From: Dendrobates tinctorius
Lineage: Eukaryota
NCBI RefSeq assembly: GCF_039654945.1
Contig: NW_027361700.1
Coordinates: 16,306,001-16,370,000, forward strand
Direction: 5' to 3'
Length of the DNA: 64,000 bases
Under the pieces are notes generated by a model. The model searched no databases and was not told the origin of the DNA. It worked only from the letters and a program-made list of their open reading frames with translations. The position numbers and the translations under genes were made by a program. This document shows positions 50,835 through 63,719 of this stretch, in pieces (within the stretch, counting starts at the first letter, position 1; every line of letters begins with the position of its first letter).

Positions 50835-53800
50835 ATCATAGAATCGTAGAGTTGGAAGGGACCTCCTGGGCCATCTAGTCCAACCCCCTGCTCAAATCAG
50901 GATTCGGTAAATCAGTCTGTCCATCCTCTGTTTGAAGACTTCCATTGAAGGAGAACTCACCACCTCTCGTGGTAGCCTGTTCCACTCATTGATCACTCTA
51001 ACTGTCAAAAAGTTTTTTCTAATATCTAATCTGTGTCTCCTCCCATTCAGTTTCATCCCATTGCTTCTAGTCTTTCCTTTTGCAAATGAGAATAAAGATG
51101 ATCCTTCTACAATGTGACAGCCCTTGAGATATCTGTAGACAGCTATTAAGTCTCCTCTCAGTCTTCTCTTCTGCAAGCTAAACATTCCCAAATCCTGCAA
51201 CCTTTCCTCATAAGACAGGGTTTGCAGACCGGTCACCATTCTGGTCGCTATTTTCTGAACTTGCTCCAGTTTGTTGATGTCTTTTTTAAAAGGTGCTGCC
51301 CAAAACTGGACACAGTTTTCCAGATGAGGTCTGACCAAAGAGAAGTAGAGAGCAATAATGACTTCACGTGATCTAGAATGTATGCTTCTGTTAATACATC
51401 CTATAATTGCATTTGCCTTTTTTGCTGCTGCATCATACTGTTGACTCATATTCAGTCTGTGATCTATTAGTATACCCAAGTCTTTTTCACATGTGCTGTT
51501 GCTTAGCCCTATTCCTCCCATTCTGTATATGCTTTTTTCATTTTTATTGCCCAGATGTAGTACTTTGCATTTTGCCCTGTTAAAAACCATTCTGTTAGTT
51601 GCTTCCCACTGCTCCAATTTATTTATATCTTTTTGAATCCTCTCTCTCTTCTCTAGTATAAGCTATCCCTCCTAGCTTTGTGTCATCAGCAAATTTAATC
51701 AGTTTACCCTCAATTCCTTCATCTAAATCGTTGATTAAGATGTTGAACAATACAGGGCCCAGGACAGAGCCCTGTGATACCCCACTTGAGACATTCTTCC
51801 AACTGGATGTGCAGCCATTTACGACCACTCTTTGGGTCCGATCACTAAGCCAGTTGTGAATCCACCTAACAGTTGCCTTGTCCATTCCATACTTAGTCAT
51901 TTTTTCAATAAGGATTGTGTGAGATACTTTGTCAAATGCTTTGCTGCATTCAAGATATACTATATCTACAGCATTTCCCTGATCCACCCAATCAGTGATT
52001 TTGTTATAGAAGGAAATTAAGTTAGTCTGACATGACTTATTAGTTAAAAACCCATGCTGACTCTGTTTAATCACTTCATTCTTATCCAGGTATTTACATA
52101 CATGTTGTTTAATAATTTGTTCAAAGATCTTTCCTGGTATAGAAATCAGACTCACCGGCCTATAGTTGCCTGGGTCCACTGTTGTGAGTTCATTCTCTGG
52201 TTCACCAGTTATGAGTTCTCCTTCCAGACTCCCTCTGGTGGTAACAGGAGGTAGTGAGGCTGATTTGATCGGTGGAGATCTGCCACCTGAGAATGAGGAT
52301 GACGATTGGACCTCAGGAGTCTCAGATTGGATTTAAGACAGCCGACGCCCTATTCGGTTGCTGGTGATTCCTTCTGGCTTGTCAGCTCTTGGTTTTCAGC
52401 TCTGTTCCAGTCATCTAAAGCTAAGTTTTTCTGCTAATGTTCACACTTGATTTTGTTGGTCTATTCAGTTTTTTGTGTGGTCAGCCAGCCCCGGCTGGGG
52501 GCTGTGCTGAATTTCCACTCTTATTTATCAGTATTTTGCCAATTTGCTTTTTGTCCCTTACTAGTTTGGTCTCTTTTTGCTGTGTCTCAGAATATTTCAG
52601 AGTGCTGATATAGTGGGAGAAGTCTAGTGACTTAAGGGTTAATTTTGCTATCAGAAGTGTTGGACATTATTTTTGTAGGGTTTTTTGCAGGTTGCAGACA
52701 GTGTCTTTCCTTTCCTTTCTAGTTAGTTTGGGTCCCATCGTTTGCTCAACCTATTTTCCTGCCTGTGTTTGTGCCTTCATCTTGTTTCACCATCAGTACA
52801 TGTGTGGGGGCTATCTATTCCTTTGGGGTCTGCTCTGGGGCAGTTAGTTTTCCCCTTTTCATGCTTCAGGCTTATGTAGTCCTCCGGCTGTGACGAAGCG
52901 TCTAGGAACATCGTAGGTACGCTCCACGGCAGCTGCTAGTTGTGTGGTAGGATCAGGGATCTGCAATCTGCATAGTTACCAACCTCTCTGGTTTTCTGTG
53001 ACTTAGCTTGTTTTGCTTTTTTCTCCTCGGTGACCCATTCATAACAGTCCACCTTCTTCCCCTTTTTGAAGATAGGAACAACATTTGCTCTTCTCCAGTT
53101 TTCTGGGACTTCTCCTGTTCGCCAAGAATTTTCAAAGATTATGGAGATGGGTTCAAAAATTTCTTCTGCTATCTCCTTCAGTACTCTGTGGTGTAAGTCA
53201 TCTGGACCTGGAGACTTGAATTCATTTAGTTTAGCTAAGTGTTTCCTCGCTATCTTTCTGTCTATAGATATCCTGGATTCTTCTATTCCCTTAATAGGAC
53301 AGTGAAGAACAGTTGATGTTACATTTCCTTTCTAGGAGAAAACAGATGCAAAATAGGAATTTAAAAGTTCGGCCTTCTCAACATCCGGTCTTACCATTTC
53401 ATCATTTTCATCCTGTAAAAGTCCTATAGCATCTTTAACTTTTCCTTTACTTTTGACATATCCCCAAAATCCTTTATTATTGCTTTTGACGTCTCTTGGA
53501 AGCCTCAATTCATTGTCAGCTTTAGATAATCTGATTTGTGCCCTGCAGGTTCTGCAAACAGCATTATATTCTTCTTTAGATATGCCTCCCTCTTTTCATT
53601 GTATAAACATTTCTTTCTTCCTTTTTAGCATGTGCTTAAGTTCTGTGTTCATCCATCTTGGTTTCCTTAAATGCTTCCTATTCTTCCCTCTTTTCGGAAT
53701 TGTTAACAATTGTGCTATGAGAATTTCATTTTTCAAGATTTCCCATCCTTCCTGGACATTTTTGTCCTTAAGGATATCCAGCCAATTCTCTTTCTGAGTC

Positions 53801-54292
53801 CCTTAAAATCTGCCTTTCAGAAATCTAACCTTGCAGTCTGAGTCTTCACAGGTCTTCCTCCTCTAGTTATCCAAAATTCTAAAATAGCATGGTCGCTACC
53901 TCCTAGGGTCCCAGCCACTCTTATCTCCTCAACCATTTCCTCCCTGTTTATGAGGATTAGATCCAAGGTAGCAGATCCCCTTGTTTTCTCCCCTACCTTT
54001 TGGAAGATAAAGTTGTCAGCAAGAGAGGATAAGAATTTCCTCAACCTGATAGTTTTGCCTGAGAGAGATTCCCAACAAATGTCTGGGAAGTTGAAATCTC
54101 CCATGACAACTATGTCATATTTTTTTGGAGAACTTGGCCATTTGATGCATAAAGAGTTCATCCATATCTTCAGCTTGCACAGGCGGTCTATAGTAAATGC
54201 CTAAAATGGTGTCCTTTCCATTGTTGTGTCCTTGTATTCTTACCCAAACAGTTCCCACAGAACTCCCAGTCTCTGAATCTTCAATCTCTGTG
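50835..54292 (-). mobile_element. 5'-truncated CR1 LINE
   Basis: APE motifs VMGDFNFPDICW, LDLIL, SDH; [19 protein letters not shown]; 3' GATTCTAT-type repeat at 50835-50850. Confidence 0.94.
52180..53046. mobile_element. Solo LTR (867 bp) inserted in the CR1
   Basis: TGTTGTGA...TCATAACA termini; GTCCAC duplicated on both sides; removal restores [11 protein letters not shown]. Confidence 0.92.
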
Positions 54293-54934
54293 CAGGTAGA
54301 AGGCTTTGTAATGTGACACTACTAAACTCAGCTGCACTACCTCTCTTCCACACTGACTGCTAGAGGTTAGACTAGGAGATGAGGGCTGTATCATTGCATA
54401 TCACATATTGAGAGACATACGCTATAGTGGGGACGGTTTCTTCTTTCTGCTGTGTACTACCTAATGATGGGCTAGTACCATAGAGGGAGAAGAAGTACAC
54501 GCCCCCAGTGAAAACTATCTGATAAAATCCACTTTGACTTAATGAAGATTAAATCATTAGATGCCAAATACTTTGGTTACCAATATCTCTGCAACAGAGA
54601 GGCAAAATAAAAAAAAGTTTTATTCCGCCATGAGGGAATATTACATCCTGTGTCCAGTTCCACATGAAAAATTTGGTGGAAGGTCCTCTTTAAATACAAT
54701 ACATGTATTGTCTTGGGGAGTGCTAATGGTCCTCTGGTTGGGTGGCGCAAAATACCTATTTTGCTCGTATTGCTGGCAACACATAACACGCCACTGGGTA
54801 TAGGAGAACATTAGAATCAACTTAGGGCCTATGGAAATCTAAGTATTTAGGGCATCAAAACGAAGTATCATATATTTTTATACCTCCTGCCTGCTTACAT
54901 TTTGCAGATAACGCTCTCTGTTTTTCTTTTCTAG

Positions 54935-54976
54935 TCTGACTGGTTCTTTAGTGATGAGCATGAAAAAGCCGAAAAG
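54935..54976 (+). CDS. ARHGAP23: ARHGAP23 exon (end of RhoGAP)
   Basis: ttctag|TCT...AAG|gtaagt; SDWFFSDEHEKAEK. Confidence 0.9.
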
Positions 54977-55309
54977 GTAAGTGCACTCGGTAATGTTGAG
55001 TCTCGCTGAGATTGTTGTGAGGGAACCCCTTTAATAATGGCATGCTGTGTCTTCTGACTCAAGTTTACAGTACATTCCCATTTTATGGACATTTTTCATT
55101 CTGTATCATTCATGCAATTTCTGTGTCTAAATTTGCTCCCTTCTGAGAACAAACACATAAAATGTAGACAGGATCTGAACTTTTTTTCTCCCACCCAGGC
55201 CTTATATATGATGAACAAATACGAGTGGGCAAATACTCTTGCGTGTCCTGGGTTTAGGTCTGTACATTTGTTTTGCTCCTCCATATTTGATCCATGGTTT
55301 GTATTTTAG

Positions 55310-55403
55310 ACTCCTGTGGATGAGTTTGATGCACAATCTGTACCAAATATCGAACACCTTCTGCCAAACATAGGACGGACAATAGCACCAGGAGATACCT
55401 CAG
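55310..55403 (+). CDS. ARHGAP23: ARHGAP23 exon
   Basis: ttttag|ACT...TCAG|gtaact; [24 protein letters not shown]. Confidence 0.9.
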
Positions 55404-55684
55404 GTAACTTCTGCAGCCATTATTGCGAGTAATCATCTTCTGGGGAAACACAGTAGTCTTAGAATATTTTCTTTATGTAGAAATGTTCAGATATTCCTCC
55501 CACTGTTGGTTACACACACATGACAATGTAGGCTGTGTTCTAGACTCATCACACATCACCTTAAGGTGGAAACAGAGGCCTGATCCACCCTGACATGTTG
55601 TGACTTGTAATAATTCCCAGCCTTTTTTCCTTTCCTCCTTCTCCCAATATCTGTCCCTTCTCCTCCTCCTTTCTCTTCTCTCAG

Positions 55685-55708
55685 CGGATCTTCAGCAGCC
55701 GTGAACGG
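55685..55708 (+). CDS. ARHGAP23: Candidate alternative 24-nt exon encoding ADLQQP-stop
   Basis: About 60-nt polypyrimidine tract, ctcag|CGGATCTTCAGCAGCCGTGAACGG|gtatgg; phase-1 reading gives A D L Q Q P TGA. Confidence 0.6.
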
Positions 55709-56772
55709 GTATGGTTGGTTTCTGCCGCTTTCCCTCCTAATCACTTGGTTGGTTGCAAGAGAGATGCCTCCTATATTACATATAAAATGTAGATGCATAA
55801 AGATGATGGTGACAGATGACACTGATTCATTGGCAAAAAGTTTACCTGGACAACCCAGCTGAATCCCTGGAAAAGATCAAGCGCTGTCACTTTGCTATGT
55901 ACTGCAGAGTGACAGTGGAGGAAAAGACCAGCTGTTCATCTCTCTTGTCTCCACCTATCGTCCGCCCGGGGATTAACAGATTTGATGGCTGTTACCGTGT
56001 GGCGTTGTGTCACGCTAATGTCCTGTGTTAATGCTGCTCTCACATACTTACAGAGCGGCCCCAGCAAGGAGTCCGGCAGGCTCCCCCACCTTCCAGATAT
56101 ACAGTGTCTCCTAAATATGCACTAAAATAACCTCCATTGCAACCATCATTGTTTCTCACCTTTAATAGTTTTTCTTCTACAACATTATACTTTTTTTTTT
56201 TCTTAAGGGGCACCTGTTATGAAGACAGGCACTTTTTAGCTTAGGGAATACCTAAAATGATAAAGCTTGGCTGTCAATTAACTTGTAACCAGATATTTCA
56301 GCCTTTTCTGTCTGAAAGTGATATATTCTCAGGTTAGACCTTTATGGTATAGCCAAAGGTTATACCATACATTTCTTTATGTGGTGGAGCCCATACTTGT
56401 GTTGAGAATCGGAGTTAATTTACCTCCATCTCTCAATACAGTGGCAGAACAAATGGAGAGGTGGCTTGTACAGATCTCTCTCAATTTATTTCTACAGACG
56501 TTACAGAGGACCCTCATTTGGATGTAGATGTGGGTCCCAGAGATGGCACTCATTTCTGGCACATCCTGTTGACTTGGAGTAGAGAAACTACTATACACGC
56601 TCATTAGAATAGTTGACAAGCATTTGGGACCCTCATCAGCACTTTATTGATCTGTTTCGTGGGCGCCGTTCAATTTTATGATAGAGACTTGGACCTTGAG
56701 GCTATGTGCCCACGTTGCATTTTTTTTAGCGTTTCCGCCGCCATAGTTTTTGTGGCCACGGAAACACTTTAA

Positions 56773-59700
56773 CCCCTTCACCTACCAAGGGTGGTTTGCA
56801 CGTTAACTCCCGGGCCAATTTTTACAATTCTGACCACTGTCTCTTTATGAGGTAATAACTCTGAAACGCTTCAATGGATCCCGGTGATTCTGACATTGTT
56901 TTCTCGTGACATATTGTACTTCATGTTAGTGGTAAAATTTCATTCAAATTACTTCCGTTTATTTGTGAGAAAAACGGAAATTTGGCGAAAATTTTGAAAA
57001 TTTCGCAATTTTCCAACTTTGAATTTTTATGCCCTTAAATCACAGAGATACGGCACACAAAAAACTTAATAAGTAACATTTCCCACATGTTTACTTTACA
57101 TCAGCACAATTTTGGAACCAAAATTTTTTTTTTGTTAGGAAGTTATAAGGGTTAAAAGTTGACCAGCGATTTCTCATTTTTACAACACCATTTTATTTTT
57201 AGGACCACATCACATTTGAAGCCACTTTGAGGGGTGTATATGATAGAAAATACCCAAAAGTGACACCATTCTAAAAACTGCACCCCTTAAGGTGCTCAAA
57301 ACCACATTCAAGAAGTTTATTAACCCTTTAGGTGCGTCACAGGAATTTTTTTGAATATTTAAAAAAAAATGACCATCTAACTTTTTTTCACAAAAAAAAT
57401 ACTTCAGGTTCAATTTTTTTTATTTTACCAAGGGTAACAGGAGAAATTGGACTGCAAAAGTTATTGTGCAATTTGTCCTGAGTACGCTGATACCTGATAT
57501 GTGGGGGGGAACGACTGTTTCGGCACATGGCAGAGCTCAGAATGGAAGGAGCGCCGTTTGACTTTTTCAATGCAAAATTGGCTGGAATTCAGATCGGACG
57601 CCATGTCACGTTTGGAGAGTCCCTGATGTACCTAAACAGTGGAAACCCCCTACAAGTGACCCCATTTTGGAAACTAGACCCCCCAAGGAACTTATCTAGA
57701 TATGTGGTGAGAACTTTGAACCCACAATGGCTTTACAGAAGTTTATAACGTACAGCGGTACAATTAAAAAATCATATTTTTTCCACAAAAATGATCTTTT
57801 CACCCCAATTTTTATTTTCCCAAGGGTAACAGGACCCTAAAAGTTATTGTGCAATTTGTCCTGAGTACGCTGATACCCCACATGTGGGGGTAAACCACTA
57901 TTTGGGCGCATGGCAGAGCTCGGAAGGGAAGCAGCGCCATTTGACGTTTTTGGCTGGAATTGAGATCGGACATCATGTCGCGATTGGAAAACCCCTGATG
58001 TACCAAAACAGTGGAAACCCCCCACAAATGACACCACTTTGGAAACTAGACCCCCTAAGGAACTTATCTAGATGTGTGGTGAGAACTTTGAACCCCCAAG
58101 TGCTTCACAGAAGTTTATAACGCCCAGGCGTGAAAATAAAAAATATTTTTTTTCCACAAAAATGATATTTTTGCCCCCAAATTTTCATTTTCCTAAGGGC
58201 AACAGGAGAAATAGGACCCCAAAAGTTGTTTTGCAAATTGTCCTGAGTAGGCTGATACCCCACATGAGGGGGTAAAACACTGTTTGGGCACATGGCAGAG
58301 CTTGGAAGGGAAGGAGCACCATTTGACTTTTTCAACGCAGAATTGGCTGGAATTGAGATCAGACGCCATGTTGCGTTTGGAGAGCCCCTTATGTGCGCAA
58401 ATAGTGGAAACCCCCAATTCTAACCCTAACCCTAGCCCTAACCCTAATGGGAAAATGGAAATAAATACATTTTTTTTTATTTTATTATTTTTCCCTAACT
58501 AAGGGGGTGATAACGGGGGGTTTGATTTACTATTTATGGCGGTTTTTATGTTAGGCTGCTGTCGCACGCTAAAAGACGCTTTTTATTGTAAAATTAGTTT
58601 TTGCATCACCACATATTGAGAGCTATAATTTTTCCATATTTTGACCCACCGAGTCATGTGAGGTCTTATTTTTTGCGGGACGAGTTGACGCTTTTATTGG
58701 TATCATGTTCGGGCATGTGACATTTTTTGATCGCTTTCGTTTTTTGGGACGCAGAATTTACAAAAACCAGCGTTTCATGAATTTCTTTTGGGTGGTGCGT
58801 TTACGCCGTTCCGGTTGCGGTAAAATTTATAAGACGGTTTTATTCTTCGGGTCAGTTTGGTTACAGCGATACCTCATTTAGGTAGTTTTTTTATGTTTTG
58901 GCGCTTTTATGCAATGAAAACAATTTTATATAAAAAATAATTATTTTTGCATCACTTTATTCTGCGAGCTATAACTTTTTTATTTTTTCGCCGATGATGC
59001 TGTATGGCGGCTCGTTTTTTGCGGGACAAGATGACGTTTTCAGCGGTACCATGGATATTTATATGCGTCTTTTTGATCGCGCGTTATTGCACTTTTTGTT
59101 CGGCGGTATGATAATAAATCATTACCGTATTTTTTGCTTCGTTTTTTATTTTTATTTTTTAAGGGGTTCGCTTAAGGGGTTAACTATTGGGACAGTTTTA
59201 TAGGGCGGGTCGTTACGGACGCGGCGATACCAAATATGTGTACTTTTATTGTGGTTTTTTTTTTTTTTTAATTTCCAAAAAATGAATTTATTGGGGAAAA
59301 TTTTTTTTTTTTTTTTTTTTAATTTATTTAACGATTTTTTTAAAATTATTTTTACACTTTTTTTTTTTTTTTTTACTTTATTACAATGTCCCAGGGGGGA
59401 CATAACTGTCCTGTAACAGATCGCTGATCTGTCACATCACAGATCACTGTGACAGATCAGCGATCTGTCACAGGCACTGCTTTGCAGGCACTGAGGAAGC
59501 CAGCTTCCTGCAGGCCCCCGGAGGTCCCCGTCGCCATATTAGATCCGGGGACCTGCAGGAAAGGAGTCCCCCGCAGCAGCGCTGCACATTGCGATGCCGT
59601 GGGGGGCTCAGGGAAGCAAGGAGGGAGCCCCCTCCCTGCCGATGCTTCCCTTTAACCCCCGGTACACCGCGATTGTGTTTGATTGCGGTGTGCAAGGGGT

Positions 59701-59897
59701 TAACGTGTCGGGGGCGGTCCGTGACCGCCCATGACACATTGTGCCGGGTGTCAGCTATGATAATTAGCTGACACTCGGCCGCGATCATCGGCGCTCACCA
59801 TGTGGGCGCCGCTGATCGCGGTGACGTAATATTCCGTCCATGGTAATTAGGTCCAGGGTCACATGGACGGAATATTACGTCAATTGTAGGTAAGGGG
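56773..59897. mobile_element. piggyBac-like non-autonomous element with internal tandem repeats
   Basis: TTAA|CCCCTT...AAGGGG|TTAA; about three 370-390-bp units (anchors at 57428, 57819, 58192); no ORF. Confidence 0.85.
58420..58447 (+). repeat. Short telomere-like (CCCTAA)n tract
   Basis: CTAACCCTAACCCTAGCCCTAACCCTAA. Confidence 0.8.
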
Positions 59898-61778
59898 TTA
59901 AAAAAGCATCCCCATGCAATCTTATGGGATTCTGCAGTTTCTGTGTCAATGCTACGGATTTTACCACTGCGGAATCGCATAGCAGTAAAATCCGCAGCAT
60001 GTCCGTATTTCTGCGGAATCGCTGCGATTCCTCCGCATTAGGATTACACTGACACTCACTTTACGCATGTGGCTATGCCCACCATGCGTGAAGTGAACGT
60101 TTCATGTGCAGATAGTACCCAGGGTCTGGAGGAGAGGAGACTGTCCTCCATGCCCTGGGTACCATATCCCTGTAAAAAGTAGAATTAAAATAAAAAAATA
60201 GGGATATACTTACCCTCTGGCGGCCCCCGGAGTCGTCCCGGCCCTCATTGTCACTGGCGGCAACTTCCGTTCCCAGGGATGCATTGCGCGAATGACCTCT
60301 GATGACATCGTGGTCTCGCGTGATGCTACGTCATCAGAGGGCATTGTCGCAAGGCATCCCTGGGATCGGAACTTGCTGCCAACGACAATGACGACCGGGA
60401 GGGCTCCGGGGGCTGACAGAAGGTGAGTATATCCCTATTTTTAACTTTTTTATTATTTTTAACATTCTATCTTTTACTATTGATGCCGCATAGGCAGCCT
60501 CAGTAGTAAAAAGTTGGTCACACTTGTCAAACACTATGCTCGACAAGTGTCACCAACCTGTCAATCACTACTCCAAGCGATGCTTCAAATCGCTTGGAAA
60601 AGCGGAAGCATTCTGCAAACTAAAAACGCTTGCAAAACGCTTGTGTTTTACGGGAAAACGCATGCGAATTCCACATGCATTTTACAGCATTTCCGCAGCA
60701 TTTCTGCAACGTGGGCACTTAGCCTTAAAATCTCACAGCTTACCTCCCCACATAGCCCCATTTGTTGCTGTACCTTGCCCCAATTTTCCTCACCCTCATC
60801 CTTTCCCACATCATCCATTTCTCATATTTTGAACACTTCTGTACTGTAATGCATTTCATTCCTCTTTGGGTTTTATCCTTCTGTAAATGTCATGTGCCAG
60901 CTTAAGGATTGCAAATATTTTTTATAGCCAGTACATGTTTGTGTAGGACATGTAGACATCGTACAGGTGGTCTCTGCTGGGGATTGCCGTAATAGCAAGC
61001 TTTTGCTGACTACCTCTTCAGATTTGTTAAAATCAATAAATCCTTTACACATGCTACAGATAAAGCAGAAGTGTGACATTCTCTCAACACTTTTTGAGCA
61101 TTTCTCTTCTCACACTTTTCTGTATGTTGACATTTCCTTCATTCCATTGTGTGTTCTGCCATTTTTCTCTGCTGTGCTGGAGGGGCCTGCAATGTTCCCT
61201 TGTGTGTAGTCTTATGTGTTGTGTGCAGGGATGAAGGAAGCATTTATTTCTATTAGTGACGGCTTTCTCTCATCTTTTAGCCAGTTCACACTTCTTTTTT
61301 TTATTCCCTTACAATTACCATGTCATTTAGTATCTGATTGAGATGTGCAATGCCAATGGCTCCTTTAGTACCAGCTAGTGATGGATGAGGCTTAGATCAA
61401 ATGATGGGATCGGTCCACATCTAGTGTAGTAATGGTTCTAGCCTGGAGGCAAAATAGGTTTTACTTCTAAAGTAACGCTTCATTCTTTCAAATACAGAAA
61501 TTGGGAAATAAAAGAGAATAAGGAGACTATAAGAACACTCTTGTAACTGATGACAAAGGCTGCACTCTTGGTGTTGTGTCCATCATGTACTGTGTGTTAA
61601 CCATATGTTTGTGGGTTATTGGTGGCCCATTTGTGCTCTATATGTGTCCAAGTAAAAGGTGTAGAGGAAGTGGAGGTAAAAGACCGGACTAATCCCGAGC
61701 TCTGTGATATATGTGATGTGAGGCCCGAGCTTCATTAATACTTCATTCTCAGTTCACTTTTGTCTGTTTTCACTTTAG

Positions 61779-61810
61779 ATTCAACGAATAGTGATTCAGC
61801 CAAAGCAAAG
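61779..61810 (+). CDS. ARHGAP23: ARHGAP23 32-nt exon
   Basis: ctttag|AT...AAG|gtaaga; DSTNSDSAKAK. Confidence 0.9.
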
Positions 61811-62762
61811 GTAAGAAACACTGAAATTCTCAGCTCCTAGGCCTAGAAATGTGGACTGAGCCCCGATAGAAAGTAGTAACCTGCCGTTCATATAGTAGAC
61901 AAACTAATAATTTTACAAGGAAGAAAGTTAATGGGTTAATCAGTGCCTCTCAGTTACACATTTAGACGTGCTGATGACATTATGACCCCGCACACCTGCC
62001 AAGACACGTCCACAATTGGTAAGTATCATGCCCGTGTCCCAGTGTAGTAAACGGGATGCGTGCAAGATATCTGCTGATTATGGACACTTCTTGGCAGTCT
62101 TGTGGGATTGTAACATCATAGGTGTTACTAACCTGCAATATGGAAGCGAGCGGCTCTGAACAACCACTTCAAAGAAAAAGTTCTGTCAAAAAGGTATGAA
62201 TTTGTTCCCTACTTTTACACCGTGAAGAAGGCTGTGCTTCCTCAAGTCTTTTACCGAAAGTATGGGTCACAATAAATGAATCATAGCACACTGGTAACAC
62301 AACTGCTAGGAGAAAAGGATGCAGGGAAAAAAGATTCACCTTTATACATATGATGAACACAGCATTTCCATGGCTGAAACAGAAATAACTCCGACCACTG
62401 GAGGTGGAGCTACGGGAACGGCTGTGCCATGCTGTTTTCGGAACTCCCATTAATTTCTATGAAAGCTACTACTCCTTGCTTCTTCTGTAGGTCCATCTCA
62501 AGTAATCATAGCCTGGGAAGAGTTATTCCTGTGTGATTATGGTTGGACCACACTTATATTGATGATTTATCTTACGAAAATGCCACCAGTTTTGTAGTCT
62601 TGGAAAACCCCTTTGAGTTTTAACATTGTAGTTCCCTGTAAGCGCTGACCTGTCAGAAATGAGCATCAATTTTATTCCCATTTGCTCTATTGTAGATTCT
62701 TCCTTTTTAAGATACTAATAAAGCAATATGGATAAATATTTTGCATTTTCTTTTTCTTAAAG

Positions 62763-63719
62763 GCATCTCGAAAGGAGTTATATGCCCGTGATATCCTGTC
62801 CATTCCCTTCATTTCAGCAGTGAACCGCAAGCGCAGGAAGCGAAGAGATGAGAAGCGCTTCGGGAGCAGCACAGAGGAAGACGACTCTGAGCATGAGGTA
62901 GCACGGTTAGGGCAGCCTGAGCAGGAGGTGGAGATCATAGAAAAGCAAGAAAAGGCTGAAGAACCCCAAGAATCGTTGTGTTCAAAGTCACAAGAACGAA
63001 AGTTGATGGATGAAAGGGACATTGACGCACAAACTAAAACCTCTGAAAGCAGGTGGCCAGCCCCTGTTGAAGGAAGGATCCCTGCCGATGCCCGTTCCAT
63101 TGTGTCGGGGTACTCCACTCTCTCTACACTGTGCTCAGAGCCAGCCTCCAGTGTTCGTGGTGGTGATGACGCTGATGATGAACGCAGTGAGTTCAGCCAC
63201 ATGGAAACTGACACAGAGGTTGGGGGAGGAAGAGAGACGGAGCGACCACGCTCACAAGATTCTTTCACTTCTCAAAGGCTAATTCCTGGAGATACACTAG
63301 CGCGGAAGAAATTTGGTAAGGGTAAACTTGAAGGCTCTGAGGATCCAGTGTCCTCACACCCTCGCACACCTCAGCGCATTAGACCAGCAGCAGATGATCT
63401 TTGTATGGCAGCAATGCGGAAACCTGGATCTCCAGAAACCCGACGTAGGAAAAGTGCTTGGCGACGACACACTGTGGTGCTCCCCGGGCAGCTTACTGAC
63501 CTTAATTTCAATGACTGGAAAGAGCCAGTTCTTGGAGCAACATCCGCTTCTGAACCCAGTCCCCGCTTAAGTGGAGGTGCCTGGGCGGAGTCAAGGGACT
63601 CAGGACTGAGTAGCCTCGAATCTCAGAAAGCCAAAACCCCAGCAGTTCAAGAACCTGTAGCTAACAAAGGGTCCAAATCCCAGAATCCTTCTCTTCCAGG
63701 ACTCCGCCATTATCTGTAA
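62763..63719 (+). CDS. ARHGAP23: ARHGAP23 last coding exon
   Basis: ttaaag|GCA...TAA; FISAVNRKRRKR, DARSIVSGYSTLST, RRRKSAWRRHTV motifs. Confidence 0.92.
   Translation, partial: ASRKELYARDILSIPFISAVNRKRRKRRDEKRFGSSTEEDDSEHEVARLGQPEQEVEIIEKQEKAEEPQESLCSKSQERKLMDERDIDAQTKTSESRWPAPVEGRIPADARSIVSGYSTLSTLCSEPASSVRGGDDADDERSEFSHMETDTEVGGGRETERPRSQDSFTSQRLIPGDTLARKKFGKGKLEGSEDPVSSHPRTPQRIRPAADDLCMAAMRKPGSPETRRRKSAWRRHTVVLPGQLTDLNFNDWKEPVLGATSASEPSPRLSGGAWAESRDSGLSSLESQKAKTPAVQEPVANKGSKSQNPSLPGLRHYL

Larger units (their letters stand above)
56700..60724. mobile_element. Harbinger-like MITE interrupted by a 3.1-kb insertion
   Basis: TIR GGCTA(T/A)GTGCCCACGTTGCA at both ends; TGA/TTA flanks. Confidence 0.85.

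Noticed and set aside
60840-61740. Additional microexons in this apparently repeat-free intron segment
   Set aside because: Acceptor-like sites exist but I found no convincing in-frame exon with a donor; needs conservation data.
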